Of a stretch of 64,000 nucleotides of DNA, positions 40,079 to 51,700 are shown piece by piece. The notes beneath the pieces are model-generated. The model ran no database searches, was not told where the DNA came from, and saw only the letters and a program-made list of their open reading frames with translations. Position 1 is the stretch's first letter. Every line of letters starts with the position of its first letter. Source of the stretch: Octopus vulgaris (lineage: Eukaryota); NCBI GenBank assembly GCA_951406725.2, contig OX597817.1, positions 17,484,001-17,548,000 on the forward strand, given 5' to 3'. Both the position numbers and the translations under genes were made by a program.

Positions 40079-41171
40079 CTGGAAAATATGAAAGAGAAAA
40101 GGGAAAATGAAAAATTTCTTGTTATACAGTTAGCTAAAGAACAAAACATATTTTTTTATAAATTCTATTTGTTGAACATATATGTGTAAATGCAAATAAT
40201 TGTAGAATAACCTATGTAGAATAACCATTATTTTCTAGAATCTCTGGTTCCAAAATATTTCTGTATTACTGATTTTATTAATACTGCACTGTTCAGAGTA
40301 ACAATAAACCATTATGATGACTGCAAGAATTTGAAATTGCTGTTCATAGATTAGTGCAGATTATAAAACATTCTGAACCATCAGTGTTCAGAAAGTCAAT
40401 GTTGAACGTTTTGTGCTTAACTGAGTACTCATAATACTAATGATAGAAACAACAATTAGAAGATGTAGATCATTCTGATATCTAGTTTCATTCATTAAAC
40501 TGTGGCCATTCTAGGACATCACTCTTTGGGCACAGTCAATTACACTAACCTACCAGTTCTTAATTTATGATCCTCAGATGGATGAAAGGCAAATTGAACT
40601 AGAGTGGGATTTAAACTCAGTAATTTCAAATGATGTAAACAAATACTACACTAAATTTTATCCAATGCTCTATGGTTATTCTATTCAACTGCCATCTTGT
40701 CACCTTTCTTTCACCTTTCTTCACATGTCATGCCTACAGAAGATGGAAATCATTGATCTCCATGTCAGAACCTAAGGACTCATGATTTTTCTTAGGAACG
40801 ATACAGCAGCAGTTTTCTGCTGGCTTATTTAGTTTACTCTGCAAGTCTCCTACTTCCTGGAGGTACAATAACTGGTTCATATGACATCAGGGTCCACACA
40901 CCAGTAAGGATATGTGATATGTTTAGGAACCAGCCCTCCTCCAAGTTCTGTGTACCTTAACCAGAAGACCATCTTCTGGTATATGCCCCAAAACTGGAGC
41001 CTTTGACAGGTACTACCACTCCAGGCCAGAATAAACTTGAGCTGCATCTATATACCCCTCAAACTCTTGAACTTCTGAACTGGAGCTTCACAGGTAGATG
41101 CAGTTTAATATTTTGCCCAAGACTCATCATCTTACTAGAATACAATTATATTTATATTACCTTCAAATTCC

Positions 41172-41351
41172 TCACAGCACATTGATTTCAAGATTCACTC
41201 CAAATTCTGATTCCCAGGGAGCACGTACAGCCTGCATAAGCTGGTTAACACCTCGATTTGTTTCAAACAAAAAGTCCCAATGGAACTCACAACCTGAGAT
41301 CTCATTTAGGAAATTCAACCGAAGCCGTTTATCATTATTCTTCCAGAGTTT
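41172..41351 (-). CDS. STK11IP: STK11IP last coding exon
   Basis: Acceptor tatttag|, phase 0. KLWKNNDKRLRLNFLNEISGCEFHWDFLFETNRGVNQLMQAVRAPWESEFGVNLEINVL*. Resembles the vertebrate STK11IP C-terminus (LRLLFYDE...IREPWEELFSIGL), as recalled. Confidence 0.88.
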   Translation of the reverse strand, partial: KLWKNNDKRLRLNFLNEISGCEFHWDFLFETNRGVNQLMQAVRAPWESEFGVNLEINVL

Positions 41352-42401
41352 CTAAATAGATTTTAAAAAACAGAAAAAGAAAAAAAATCAAATAAATTAC
41401 TAATACCATAGATGCAGTTCAGAATTTAAAATGTTTATGATCATCATTTTAATGGTCACTTTTGCTTGCTTGCATAGATCAGATGGAACTCATTCAGGCA
41501 GATATTTTATAGTTAGATACTGTTCCTGCCACCAACTCTCAACTGCTTCTAAGAAAGGTAATATTTTACCATGGCTGGACATGTTTTCACAGAGGACAGG
41601 AAATAAACAACACTGTTTATATGACAGTGACACTCATTTAAATCACCACATGATGTTATGACAAGGCAACATACACATACATATGCAAGTGTATATATAT
41701 TATATATACCACTTTTGTATATATAGTATGGAAAATTTTTGAGATGTTCTTAAATTAAAGTTAAAACACACAGATAAGACACAAAGTGGGAATGTGCAAC
41801 AATTTTTTTTTAAATTCTACAATTTGGTATAAAAATACAAATCTGAGAGCTGGATTCTGTTGAAGATACAGTATGGTAGAGGTTGTTATAAAGGAAACAA
41901 TGAGTTGGTATGAGTTTGAGTTCCAATGGCAACTTTCATTTTATTTTATCTACACATTTCCTTTCATTTAAAATGTAAATTTTGCAAGCAGTATCAATAT
42001 AGTTAATGTAAGACTAAAGTCTATGCCTGGTTCAGAAGAGAAAAGGAAATTTTTGGGAAGCAGTTCTAGCTATGTTACATATGTGTGGCAGTCAGTAAAG
42101 GTCACTGAAGATGTTGATTTTCTAACATTTGCAGCAACTTTTAAAAGTATACTATTCAAGAAAGGGTGAGGTACAAGATTGTTTTCTTGATATGAGCAGT
42201 GCCTTTGTACAGTTAAAGAGATTACATATAACATATAACAATATATACCACTTTGTTTTAAAAAGTATGGTAAAGGGTTTTTTGGGGTTTTTTTTTTGCT
42301 TATGAAGTATTTGATCAGAAATGAGATGTGAGAAATTTGTTAAATTCAAAATAAAGAATTAAAATAAGATAAATCTCAGAGAAAGAAAATGTTCATCTTA
42401 C

Positions 42402-42571
42402 CAAACTGGTGATATCAAGAATGATCTGCTTATCATGAATAACAAATTGTGGAAGGATACTTTCAGGCGGCATTCTTGGTTGCAATCGAGGCATCGGCCA
42501 TTGGTGATCTTCTACTATAAGGTATAACAAAGGTCCAATGAGGGCCACTGAAACTGGTAACTTCTGTTCAC
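42402..42571 (-). CDS. STK11IP: STK11IP coding exon
   Basis: ttattcag| ... |gtaaga; 170 nt, phase 1 to 0. GEQKLPVSVALIGPLLYLIVEDHQWPMPRLQP...QFVIHDKQIILDITSL. Confidence 0.88.
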
Positions 42572-42791
42572 CTGAATAACAAAACAAAGTAAATCTTCAG
42601 CATCATTGATTTAAATTCTTTTTTTTTTAATTTTTTATATTAATTAGTTAGAAATAGAAGTGTAAAACTTGTAAAACTTTACAGGCTCTTTGAGATAGAT
42701 AAGATTGATACAGATGATGTGACTTTCAACTTCTTGTGGGTGATGATAACCATAAGGAAAATAGTGATTAGAAAGAATACTACAGGTTTAT

Positions 42792-43126
42792 AGAAATATT
42801 AAATTTCTAAATATCTCATAGAGATATGTACGGTGGTGGAGCAATAGAGTGGTTGTATACTGTCAACTTAACGTGACAGTCCTGTAAGGGAATTACATCA
42901 CCGCTGTTTAGCCCTAGGAAGCATCGACGCTTCCTGTCGGCCTTGACACATTTCCTGTGTGCTTATATATTTACGAAGGGGAGACAAATACCCCCAACAG
43001 CTAGGCCTGCATCTAGAGACACGCATGTTTCAGGGTCTTTGCCCATCATCGGTCTAGAGTAGCAGAGGCCTGCTAGCTGAAGATATCTGTCTAGACTTCG
43101 CAAATATATATATATATTTTCAGTGA
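42792..43126 (-). mobile_element. Retrozyme-like/Penelope-associated ~360-nt unit, copy 1
   Basis: Homologous to 50405-50810 but circularly permuted; contains a hammerhead at 43012-43058. Confidence 0.7.
43012..43058 (-). ncRNA. Type I hammerhead ribozyme motif (U4C core variant)
   Basis: TCTAGA-CCGATGA-tGGGcaaagaCCCt-GAAA-CAtgcgTG-TC-TCTAGA. Predicted GUC cleavage between 43018 and 43017. Confidence 0.75.
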
Positions 43127-43199
43127 GTTCTTGAGATAAGTGATTCAGCAGTAGCGTAATAGCACATGGTCTAGAAAGTGTGGTATTATTGGACTGACA

Positions 43200-43460
43200 A
43201 GAAAATGAGAGGTGAGAGTTTGTGTGATGAAGCCACTCAACTTTATTACAGAGTATCAGGTATCATAGTAGTGGTGGTGAAAAGATACAGGGAACAAATA
43301 TATCTGTGAGCTTAGCTGTTGTTTCATGTTTGTGAGTTGAATGGCTTTTTGGATGTGATGCAGGATATTTTTGAACACTGCACTTGAATGAGATGTGTGG
43401 ACAATACTCTAATGTGGGTTGTACTTGAGTTTTGTGGAGGTTCAATAACTGACCAGGTTT
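43200..43460 (-). mobile_element. Old CR1/Zenon-like LINE remnant
   Basis: QLLNLHKTQVQPTLEYCPHI resembles the LYKxQVRPxLEYCSHIW motif. Confidence 0.45.
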
Positions 43461-44362
43461 GTCTGGTCCTGAAGGGAAAGCCTAGAGCTCAGAACGCAGG
43501 TAAGAATAAATCCATATAGAGAGAAAGATTGAAGCATAATAGGTAGGGGTGCTACTTAACCAATGATGCAATTGTACTCAAAATGTGATATAAGAAAATA
43601 AATATAAAACAATAAATTTTTTAAAAATACAATTATTTATATTATATTATCATCGTATTATGTGTTATGTGAAGACACATGGCTTAATGGTTAGGAGATT
43701 AGGTTCACAATCACTAGGCCATAAGTTCAAATCTCAAACCAAGTGATACATTGTGTCCTTCAGCAAAGTACTTCATTTCACATTGTTCTCATACACTCAG
43801 CTGAAAATAAGTACAAATGATACCAGGACTGGTTTCCCATTCAGGGAAGAAATTTGTACTCTCAACTTCGATGCTTTGTCTATCTGGATAAGCTCTGGCT
43901 TCATGATTTCATAGGCTTGAGGCAGACTTTAAGGGTTAGGACTAAAGTACTATTTTAGTCCTTGAAAATGCTGAAAAATTACCACAGTGTAACTGTGGTA
44001 AATACACTAACTGAATAAAATATTTGATATTATTAAGAAGATATCCTTATTTCAAAGAAAGAAATCAAAAGCTTGATTTTGTGGAAGTAGAATATTGGGT
44101 TGTCAGATAAATTTGGTTTTTTTTTCTCTATTTGGCCCTCCATCAACATATGTCTACAAAACAGGTATAATTTATTCAAATTTCAAAAACAAAAAAAAGG
44201 TGTAGACAAAGAATAGAGCTACAAAAAAAAGCATAAAACATTATAATAAAAATGGTTTCCATGTTAATTCAAATAACATTGGAAAAGATTAAAATAAAAA
44301 GAAAAAAAAGAATGAATTTATGTGGCAACCGAATAATTTAAGAAGAATGTGCAAATAATAAC

Positions 44363-44557
44363 CTTTCTCATCTTTTAGTTGTGTTGTTAAGACATAAACT
44401 GAAATACTTTTCTCGGGATGATCCACATCAACACCTTTGTTTTCACTGTCATCATTTTTCTTTAGCAGGCGACTTAGATTCTTAGTGGTTTCATGATGGT
44501 ACAAGCAAACCTGTACAGGCTTCATATGGCCCATATTGCTGAGTCGTTTTGTTAAAT
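44363..44557 (-). CDS. STK11IP: STK11IP coding exon
   Basis: tctcttag| ... |gttatt; 195 nt, phase 1 to 1. DLTKRLSNMGHMKPVQVCLYHHETTKNL...SISVYVLTTQLKDEK. Confidence 0.8.
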
Positions 44558-44722
44558 CTAAGAGATTTCAAAACAAAAACCAGTGTAAAATTTAAACAAT
44601 AACAACAACAAAAAGAAAGAAATGTATTGCAATTTTAAACAGGATTTGAAATTCAATAAAATATTTTTCTAAAGACAATTTTATTTTTAATGAGCAAATA
44701 ATTTAGTTTTACTACATTAATC

Positions 44723-45127
44723 TCTTACTCTTTACTCTTTTACTTGTTTCAGTCATTTGACTGCGGCCATGCTGGAGCACCGCCTTTAGTCGAGCAAATC
44801 GACCCCGGGACTTATTCTTTGTAAGCCCGGTACTTATTCTATCGGTCTCCTTTGCCGAACCGCTAAGTGACGGGGACGCATAAACACCAGCATCGGTTGT
44901 CAAGAAATGCTAGGGGGACAAACACAGACACACAAACACACACACATACATACATATATATATACGACAGGCTTCTTTCAGTTTCCGTCTACCAAATCCA
45001 CTCACAAGGCATTGGTCGGCCCAGGGCTATAGCAGAAGACACTTGCCCAAGATGCCACGCAGTGGGACTGAACCCGGAACCATGTGGTTGGTTAGCAAGC
45101 TACTTACCAAACAGCCACTCCTGCGCC
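44723..45127 (-). mobile_element. tRNA-derived SINE (major family)
   Basis: Matches 17101-17500. Confidence 0.9.
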
Positions 45128-46347
45128 TAATGTTTCTTATTTCTTTATTGCCCACAAGGGGCTAAATATAGAAGGGACAAACAAGGATAGACAAAGGGAT
45201 TAAGTCGATTACATCAACCCCAGTGGGTAACTGGTACTTAATTTATTGACCCCGAAAGGATGAAAAGCAAAGTCAACCTCGGCGGAGTTTAATCTCAGAA
45301 CATAAAGACAGACAAGATACTGCTAAGCATTTCACCCGGCGTGCTAATGTTTCTGCCAGCTCACGGCCTTCTTTTGGTGAGATAGTATGGATAACAATAA
45401 AAGATTTGATAAAAGTTCCTAAACTAACAGGGATCCTGGATTGCCAATGATTAATTTTATCATTCAGAGATTCAATAAATGATATGTTGAAATAGTTTCT
45501 TGTTGCTTTCCCCAGGCTAATAAAAGTAATTGATCTCAGCATGGCAAGCTAACAAAAATAGTAAATAAGTACACAACACTCTGTACTGTTTGTAATATAG
45601 CACAGTGTTTTCTGTTACCAATTTACAACTAGTTGAGATTAGTTATTATGAGTAAAATAAATATTTCATGGGTACTGTACAACACTAGAAACAAGATATG
45701 AAACTTCAAGCATTCGATTGCTAATACATTAAGAACTCAACTACCTACATCGCTTTCAAAGATGTGAATGCATTCAGACAATTTTGGTTAAAATATTTAA
45801 GTGTCATTAAATTTTCAGTATTTACCTATTCAGGACTGAGTATTAATATATTGTGAAAAGCATGTCTTTGAGGTATTGAACTATGTAGATATATACACAA
45901 ACATTGAGACAAGTGCAATAAAGTAGAGGAGTTTTCCTTATAAGCTGAGTATTCAAATCACTTTTTGACTACCATGGAGTCATTTTGCTTTGTTTATGTT
46001 GTTAAGACTTCTATGAAAGTCAGGATTACCACAACTTTGTTTCTTTCCTCTTCTAAAAATGTTTGGTTTATGTCTGCACTCAACATAATGTTCAGTGCTA
46101 CCATATAGATATAAAGTCATATGAAACCCATTCTGCACAGCCCTAAGGTCAATAGGGCTCATCAACCATTCAAGAACAGTTACTAATAATGAATTACAAC
46201 AATTAGCAATTATTCTAATTATGAATATTCAAGTAGAAATTATTTGTGATATCTGCTATTTAATTCAATAAGACCTGTATGTGACATAAATAACTTATAA
46301 ATCATTTTAACAAACTACAAAAGAAAAGTAAAATTGTGACTTCTTAC

Positions 46348-46526
46348 CGAGAAGAACATTAATGAAATTCCGGCAGATATATTCATCTCTAATAAGAAAG
46401 GAATAGCTAGCACAATCTTCATCGAATTCAAACCGTAAACTTTGGTGGCCCAAACCAATGTCTAAGTACTTCACATCTGTGATTGGATGTTTGGAATGTA
46501 GCTTAACAAACTTTTCTGGATTCTCA
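46348..46526 (-). CDS. STK11IP: STK11IP coding exon (PH-like region)
   Basis: ttttcatttag| ... |gtaaga; 179 nt, phase 2 to 1. ENPEKFVKLHSKHPITDVKYLDIGLGHQSLRFEFDEDCASYSFLIRDEYICRNFINVLL (cf. vertebrate GLAGQSLRLEW...LLPRDARHCRAFLEELL, as recalled). Confidence 0.9.
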
Positions 46527-46776
46527 CTAAATGAAAAATGATAAATATTAAAATATAATTCTAACATTGTAGACAGATTAGAAAATCAATATATCAATGG
46601 GGATAATAATCATTGAAATAATTTCATCTTATTTGCTTCTAACTGAAATGCAAAACTCCTGCCAGAAAAACAGTTATCAAAGTATTAGTTATACTATAAG
46701 ACATTACTTGATTAATTACAAAATATTCTACATTGGTGCGTTCATGATAATACTTTCTTAAAATCCTTAAAAATGT

Positions 46777-46968
46777 TTTAGCCCGAAGGCCACGGCCATG
46801 CTGGGGCACCACCGCTGAATGAGCTACACTAATATGTGAATCCACCTCTGATACGTGGCACTTGATCAACAAGGGAGTTCGATGCTGCTGCCCGCATTTG
46901 CGTCTCCTGTCATGAGGTAGGTTCATCTGGGACTCCCGACAAGAAGAGATCCAGTTTAGTTTTAAAGA
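46777..46968 (-). mobile_element. CR1-like LINE 3' fragment, same family as 11708-12005
   Basis: FKTKLDLFLSGVPDEPTS*QETQMRAAASNSLVDQVP plus tail ggtggtgccccagcatggccgtggccttcgggctaaaac. Confidence 0.8.
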
Positions 46969-47216
46969 AACAATGTTTTATACAACATTATGAAGCTACT
47001 AATTTATGGTTTGTTTTTATTTAATGTAATGTTTAGTTATTTCTAACATCATCTGGCTCAATTATCTAAAATGGTATTCATGCCCTAAAATCTGAACTTT
47101 GGATGATGTTTTATTAATGAAGTTTAAAGTTCATCTTTTTGTCAATTATTTGAATTTCTTTTCAGTTTCTGTAACATTATTTAGACGAAAGGCAAATAAT
47201 TTTCCATCTGAATAAT

Positions 47217-47404
47217 GCATGGTATTTGATGGCATAAAAGATGCACAGGCATATTAAACACATCTCAATTTCAGCAGCACATATTCAGGAGAGTTTTAGT
47301 GCCTTAAAACATGTAACATAGGCCCAACTTTACTTATAGGACACAGGGTGAATTTTTGAGACATTTTAAAAAAAAGTGCCTCTTATATACCATCAAACAT
47401 GGTA
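47217..47404. mobile_element. pogo/Tc2-like MITE
   Basis: Imperfect TIRs tttgatggcataaaagatgcac / gtgcctcttatataccatcaaa; ends in ggTA. Confidence 0.45.
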
Positions 47405-47648
47405 TTATTTCCCAGGTCAGATGTTTTATCTTCTGCTAGGAAAAAAATTAAGCCAATAAAGTTAAGTCTTTGTCAATTGTAATTTCATTCACATGTAGGA
47501 CATTTCATTACAATGACCCCAGTACTTGACATACTTTATTTTCAGACATGGAAGGATGAATGGTAAAACTGACTTTGGAAAGTAAAGAGGTTAAATAGTG
47601 TAGGCATTTAGGTCAGCATCCTAATGATTCTGTCAATCAACTTCTTAA

Positions 47649-47886
47649 GTAAAGTATCATAGCCATCTCAATATGGCTAACCACAAAGGGGGGGGTGTTA
47701 CTGTAGCTTTTTAGCCCCAGGAGATCATCGTCTCCAGCTGGCTTTAGACACAATTTCTGTGCCCTTAAGGTATTTGCCCCAGAAATTGTGTCTAAAGCCA
47801 GCTGAGACGATGATCTCCTGGGGCTAAAAAGCTACAGTAACACCCCCTTTGTGGTTAGCCATATTGAGATGGCTATGATACTTTAC
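47649..47886. repeat. Near-perfect ~110-bp inverted repeat with 20-nt loop, inside an insertion with a 13-bp direct flank
   Basis: Arms 47649-47759 and 47780-47886. aacttcttaagta occurs at 47639-47651 and 47932-47944. Confidence 0.95.
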
Positions 47887-48128
47887 ATTGTCGAGCGATT
47901 ACTGTTTACATCTTGTTCTGAGATTTAATAAAACTTCTTAAGTATTTTCTTAAATATATAATATAATGTCAGCAATAGGGTATGAGCCAATGAGTGATGA
48001 GTCTCAACCATTTATCAAATTAAAATATAAACTATAAACTAGAAATTAATTGTGATTTTAACTGGGTTCTTTTTTAAATATTTGTTCATTTATTTATTTT
48101 ATAGTTATTTATTTACAGAATTTCTTAC

Positions 48129-48226
48129 CTAGGATTAGGTCCATGAAGCCGAAAAATAAAAATATTCATAGTGGACAAAACTAGTAAACCTCGATATTCT
48201 CCAATGATGTGCTGGACAATTTGACA
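48129..48226 (-). CDS. STK11IP: STK11IP coding exon
   Basis: tttattttcag| ... |gtaaga; 98 nt, phase 0 to 2. CQIVQHIIGEYRGLLVLSTMNIFIFRLHGPNP (too short for the ORF track). Confidence 0.88.
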
Positions 48227-48283
48227 CTGAAAATAAATGGAATTAAAAATACAAATGTCTTTGAAAAACAGCAAGCACTCATT

Positions 48284-48513
48284 TTAACCCTTTAGCATTT
48301 AAACCGGCCATATCCGGCCCAAATATTCTACCTGTTCTATGTTCAAACTGACTGGATCTGGCTTTGCAAACTTATCCTACAATGTCATTCTAAGAATAAG
48401 CAATCACATCCTCAAAATTTCAATGCTATAATGTTTTTGCATGATAAATTCAAAACAATGGGAATAAATAAGCATTACATTTGACAGAATAATCTGAATA
48501 CTAAAGGGTTTAA
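48284..48513. mobile_element. piggyBac-type MITE, family B
   Basis: TTAACCCTTTAG ... CTAAAGGGTTTAA; inverse of 3406-3634. Confidence 0.75.
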
Positions 48514-49139
48514 ATACAAAACAAAAATTCAAACTTCCAAAATTCACACCAGTTTCAAATAAATTAAGAATACAGAAAAGAAGTACTGGTGTCCATAGGA
48601 ATGGCTAAACCCTTGAAGGTGAGACTCCTGCAGGGTCTCCGTCTAATGACACAAACCAGTTAATCGCATCTCATCTAGGTCATCGCATAGGACACCCCTA
48701 AACCAGTTAAAGACTACTATTGAAATGCATTAGCAGCAAACTCAATATTCATCTCCCTAGAGGCACATACAGTGCCTGTGGTACTTTTCAATTATTAGGT
48801 AGCATTCATCAACAGAATCACCAAGTACAGCAATAATATAAAATCTAAAGTGAATCATCATCACTTAACAACCATGTTCTGTGGCATGGGGTTTCTCAGG
48901 AACTGATGTGTTCAAGGAGCGCATTGAACTCCAATGTCTGCTTTGGCATGGTTTTACAGCTGAATGCACACTTTAATGCCAACCACTTACAGTATGAATA
49001 AATGAAGAATTATTACATCTCCACACCTGTTATTTCAAACTTCGAAAACCCGACAAATGAAGTGAGTTCATGGCTTGCAGGACGGCCTGCTGTGCTAACC
49101 TTTGGATCGTAGAGTGACCCGCTGTTCTTGAGGAGACCT

Positions 49140-49338
49140 GTGTTTGTCCCCCTAGCATTGCTTGACAACCGATGCTGGTGTGTTTACGTCCCCGTCACTT
49201 AGCGGTTCGGCAAAAGAGACCAATAGAATAAGTACTGGGCTTACAAAGAATAAGTCCTGGGGTCGATTTGTTTGACTAAAGGCGGTGCTCCAGCATGGCA
49301 GCAGTCAAGTGACTGAAACAAGTAAAAGAGTAAAAGAG
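49140..49338 (+). mobile_element. 5'-truncated tRNA-SINE (3' half)
   Basis: Tail matches the major family. Confidence 0.85.
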
Positions 49339-49387
49339 CTCTAAGAAATTTTGTCCAGTGTACTAACAGTTCTACCAGCCCACCACC

Positions 49388-49421
<34 letters not shown>

Positions 49422-49779
49422 TAATGTCAAAAACAATCGATTGAATAAAAATGGCACTAAAAACAGTGTACACAAGGGCAGGTGTGGATAATCAATGCCT
49501 TGGCTAGCAACCCACCTAGTGATGGTGTTGCGATGAAATTACTGGTGATTGTACAACCTTACAAATGCTACCTCTAAATGAGTGATGTCAAAATTAAATA
49601 ATAACCACAATTGCGCTAATGGAACTGGTACTGTTAACAGTGAAGGTGCCGCACACAACAGACAGGCAGGGAGCAACTGATTAAGCCCTGGCAGGTTGTC
49701 ATCAAGATATTAATCATGACCAAAATTGCAGTCAAAAGTGCAAAAGAAAAAAAGAATGAAATGGGGAAAAAAAGTACCC

Positions 49780-50130
49780 AGGATAATAAGGAAAGAGGAA
49801 GAATGACAAAAAAAAATACAATCCCCTAAAATTTGAAATAGGCAGAATTTGGAGCATTTGAACAGTAAAGATCATGCCTATAATAATTGTTGCACTAGGA
49901 TCAGTAAGCCAAGATATAGACAAATGGTTGAGGGAGATGGGAATAGAATGCCCAGTAGAGCTCCTACAGAAAGTTCCTCTCTTCAGGACTGCAAGGATTA
50001 TCAGGATGGTTCTAAATCCTTGAAAGACTGCTGAAAACTTGTGGATACTTAAGGTTACAGGTAGTAACCTGCTATCCACATAATCCCAACCAGGAATAAA
50101 ACGGAATGTGAGCCAAATCAAAATAATAAT
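49780..50130 (+). mobile_element. R4/Dong-like non-LTR element, restriction-like endonuclease C-terminus remnant
   Basis: KKYNPLKFEIGRIWSI*TVKIMPIIIVALGSV...LLQKVPLFRTARIIRMVL*; (AAT)n on both sides of the region. Confidence 0.7.
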
Positions 50131-50404
50131 CCTTTCTATTATAGGCACAAGGCCAGCAATTTTAGGGGAAGGAGTAAGTTGATTTTATCATCTCTATTGA
50201 TCAATTGGTACTTCTTTTATCAAATTCAAAGAAAATTTGCTAAAACACTTTCAGACATTACTTTTATGTAATCAGTGTTCGTAGAGTGACTGTTTATACA
50301 TTAATCAGTGTTCATACTTATCTACAGGTGACTGGTTATACATGCAAACACTTTGAGACTAGCAGAACTTTAAAGTCTAGCATTTCTTCTAAACTATATG
50401 TTGT

Positions 50405-50810
50405 ATAGAATGGTTGCATACTGTCAATCTAATGTGAACGTGGCAGTAGGGGGTTACACCACCGCTGTTTAGCCCTAGGAAGCATCGACGCTTCCTGCTG
50501 GCTTCGACACATTTTTCCTGTGTCCTTATATATTTACGAAGGGGAGACAAACACCCCCAGCAGCCAGGCCTGCATCTAGAGACACGCATGTTTCAGGATC
50601 ATTGTCCTCCATCGGTCTAGAGTAGCAGACGCCCGCCAGCTGTTGATATCTGTCCCGATTCGCAAATGTATACATCTAATTTTCAGTGAAGTTTATTCAC
50701 TGATTACCAAAATCAGAAATATTAAATTTCTAAATCTCTCATAGAGATATGTACGGTGGTGGGGCGATAGAATGGTTGTATACTGTCAATCTAACATGAA
50801 CGTGACAGTA
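50405..50810 (-). mobile_element. Retrozyme-like/Penelope-associated unit, copy 2 (about 1.1 monomers)
   Basis: 44-bp terminal direct repeat at 50405-50448/50767-50810 (period 362 nt); hammerhead at 50575-50621. Confidence 0.72.
50575..50621 (-). ncRNA. Type I hammerhead ribozyme motif (U4C, A9G variants)
   Basis: TCTAGA-CCGATGG-AGGAcaatgaTCCT-GAAA-CAtgcgTG-TC-TCTAGA. Confidence 0.7.
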
Positions 50811-50838
50811 AGAAGAAATTAATAGTGATTTTTCTTAC

Positions 50839-51700
50839 CTGGATACTTGAACTAATCCGTTCAGCATGTTGTAGATGTTTCATAACAAGAAACAATTGAA
50901 TCTGGTGATCCAGACAAGTGCACGGAGTGTCACTATTTTCTTTTCTAATGTCAGAATCTACAGGTTCACTAAGAGCAGTGATGTCTGAGTTGGTGTCTGT
51001 GGAGTCTGACAATGAGATGATTTCAGCTTGAGGATCATGAGCTGGCCGACTCCCCGATTCCAATTCTTCAATAGACTGGATGGAACTCTCACGGTCAGTT
51101 CTAGAACTGTTTTCATCTTCAGTTTCCACTTGCATGTTCTGAGCATCAACATCTTCAACATAGATCCGCAAATTATTCCCATCTGCAGTAGTGACAGATG
51201 GAAGTGTCTGCTTGTAAACACTTGATATCATACTGTGACAAACATTACTCGTAAGAAAAGAGTCTGGAGGTGTAGCACTTAAACTTGAACTGTTGTCATG
51301 AATTCTTTGCTGTACACAAATAGCAGGTGAGGAACTGTGCTCTTTTAGCTTTTCTCTAACCTGTACCAATGTAGAATTGTCATTAATTCTTTTGTTAGTA
51401 AGATAATCTGCATTTTTCTTAGAGTTCTCTTTCTGGAAAGAGCGAGATCGCATATGTCCTTCCAACCATTTTTCAGAATCTTCAAGATGAAAACTTGCTG
51501 GTCGTGCTTTGTCTAAAATCTCGTCTTTATTCTGAAAACTACTTAAGCTTTCAGAAGATTGTGATACATCTGAATCTCCAATATAAAATGAATTCCTCGT
51601 AGATTTTGAATAAGATCGTTTCCTCATGCCAAACTTGCGTTTGAAGACGGGTGAATCTCTGTTCACTGGGGTGGAAGAACCAGAAGATGGAGATTTATCT
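50839..51700 (-). CDS. STK11IP: STK11IP large internal exon (Ser-rich linker plus start of the C-terminal domain)
   Basis: ttttcccatcag| ... cag|gtaaga; 862 nt open, phase 2 to 0. Ends CTCLDHQIQLFLVMKHLQHAERISSSIQ (cf. vertebrate VDHRLRLFLDVEVF, as recalled). Confidence 0.88.
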
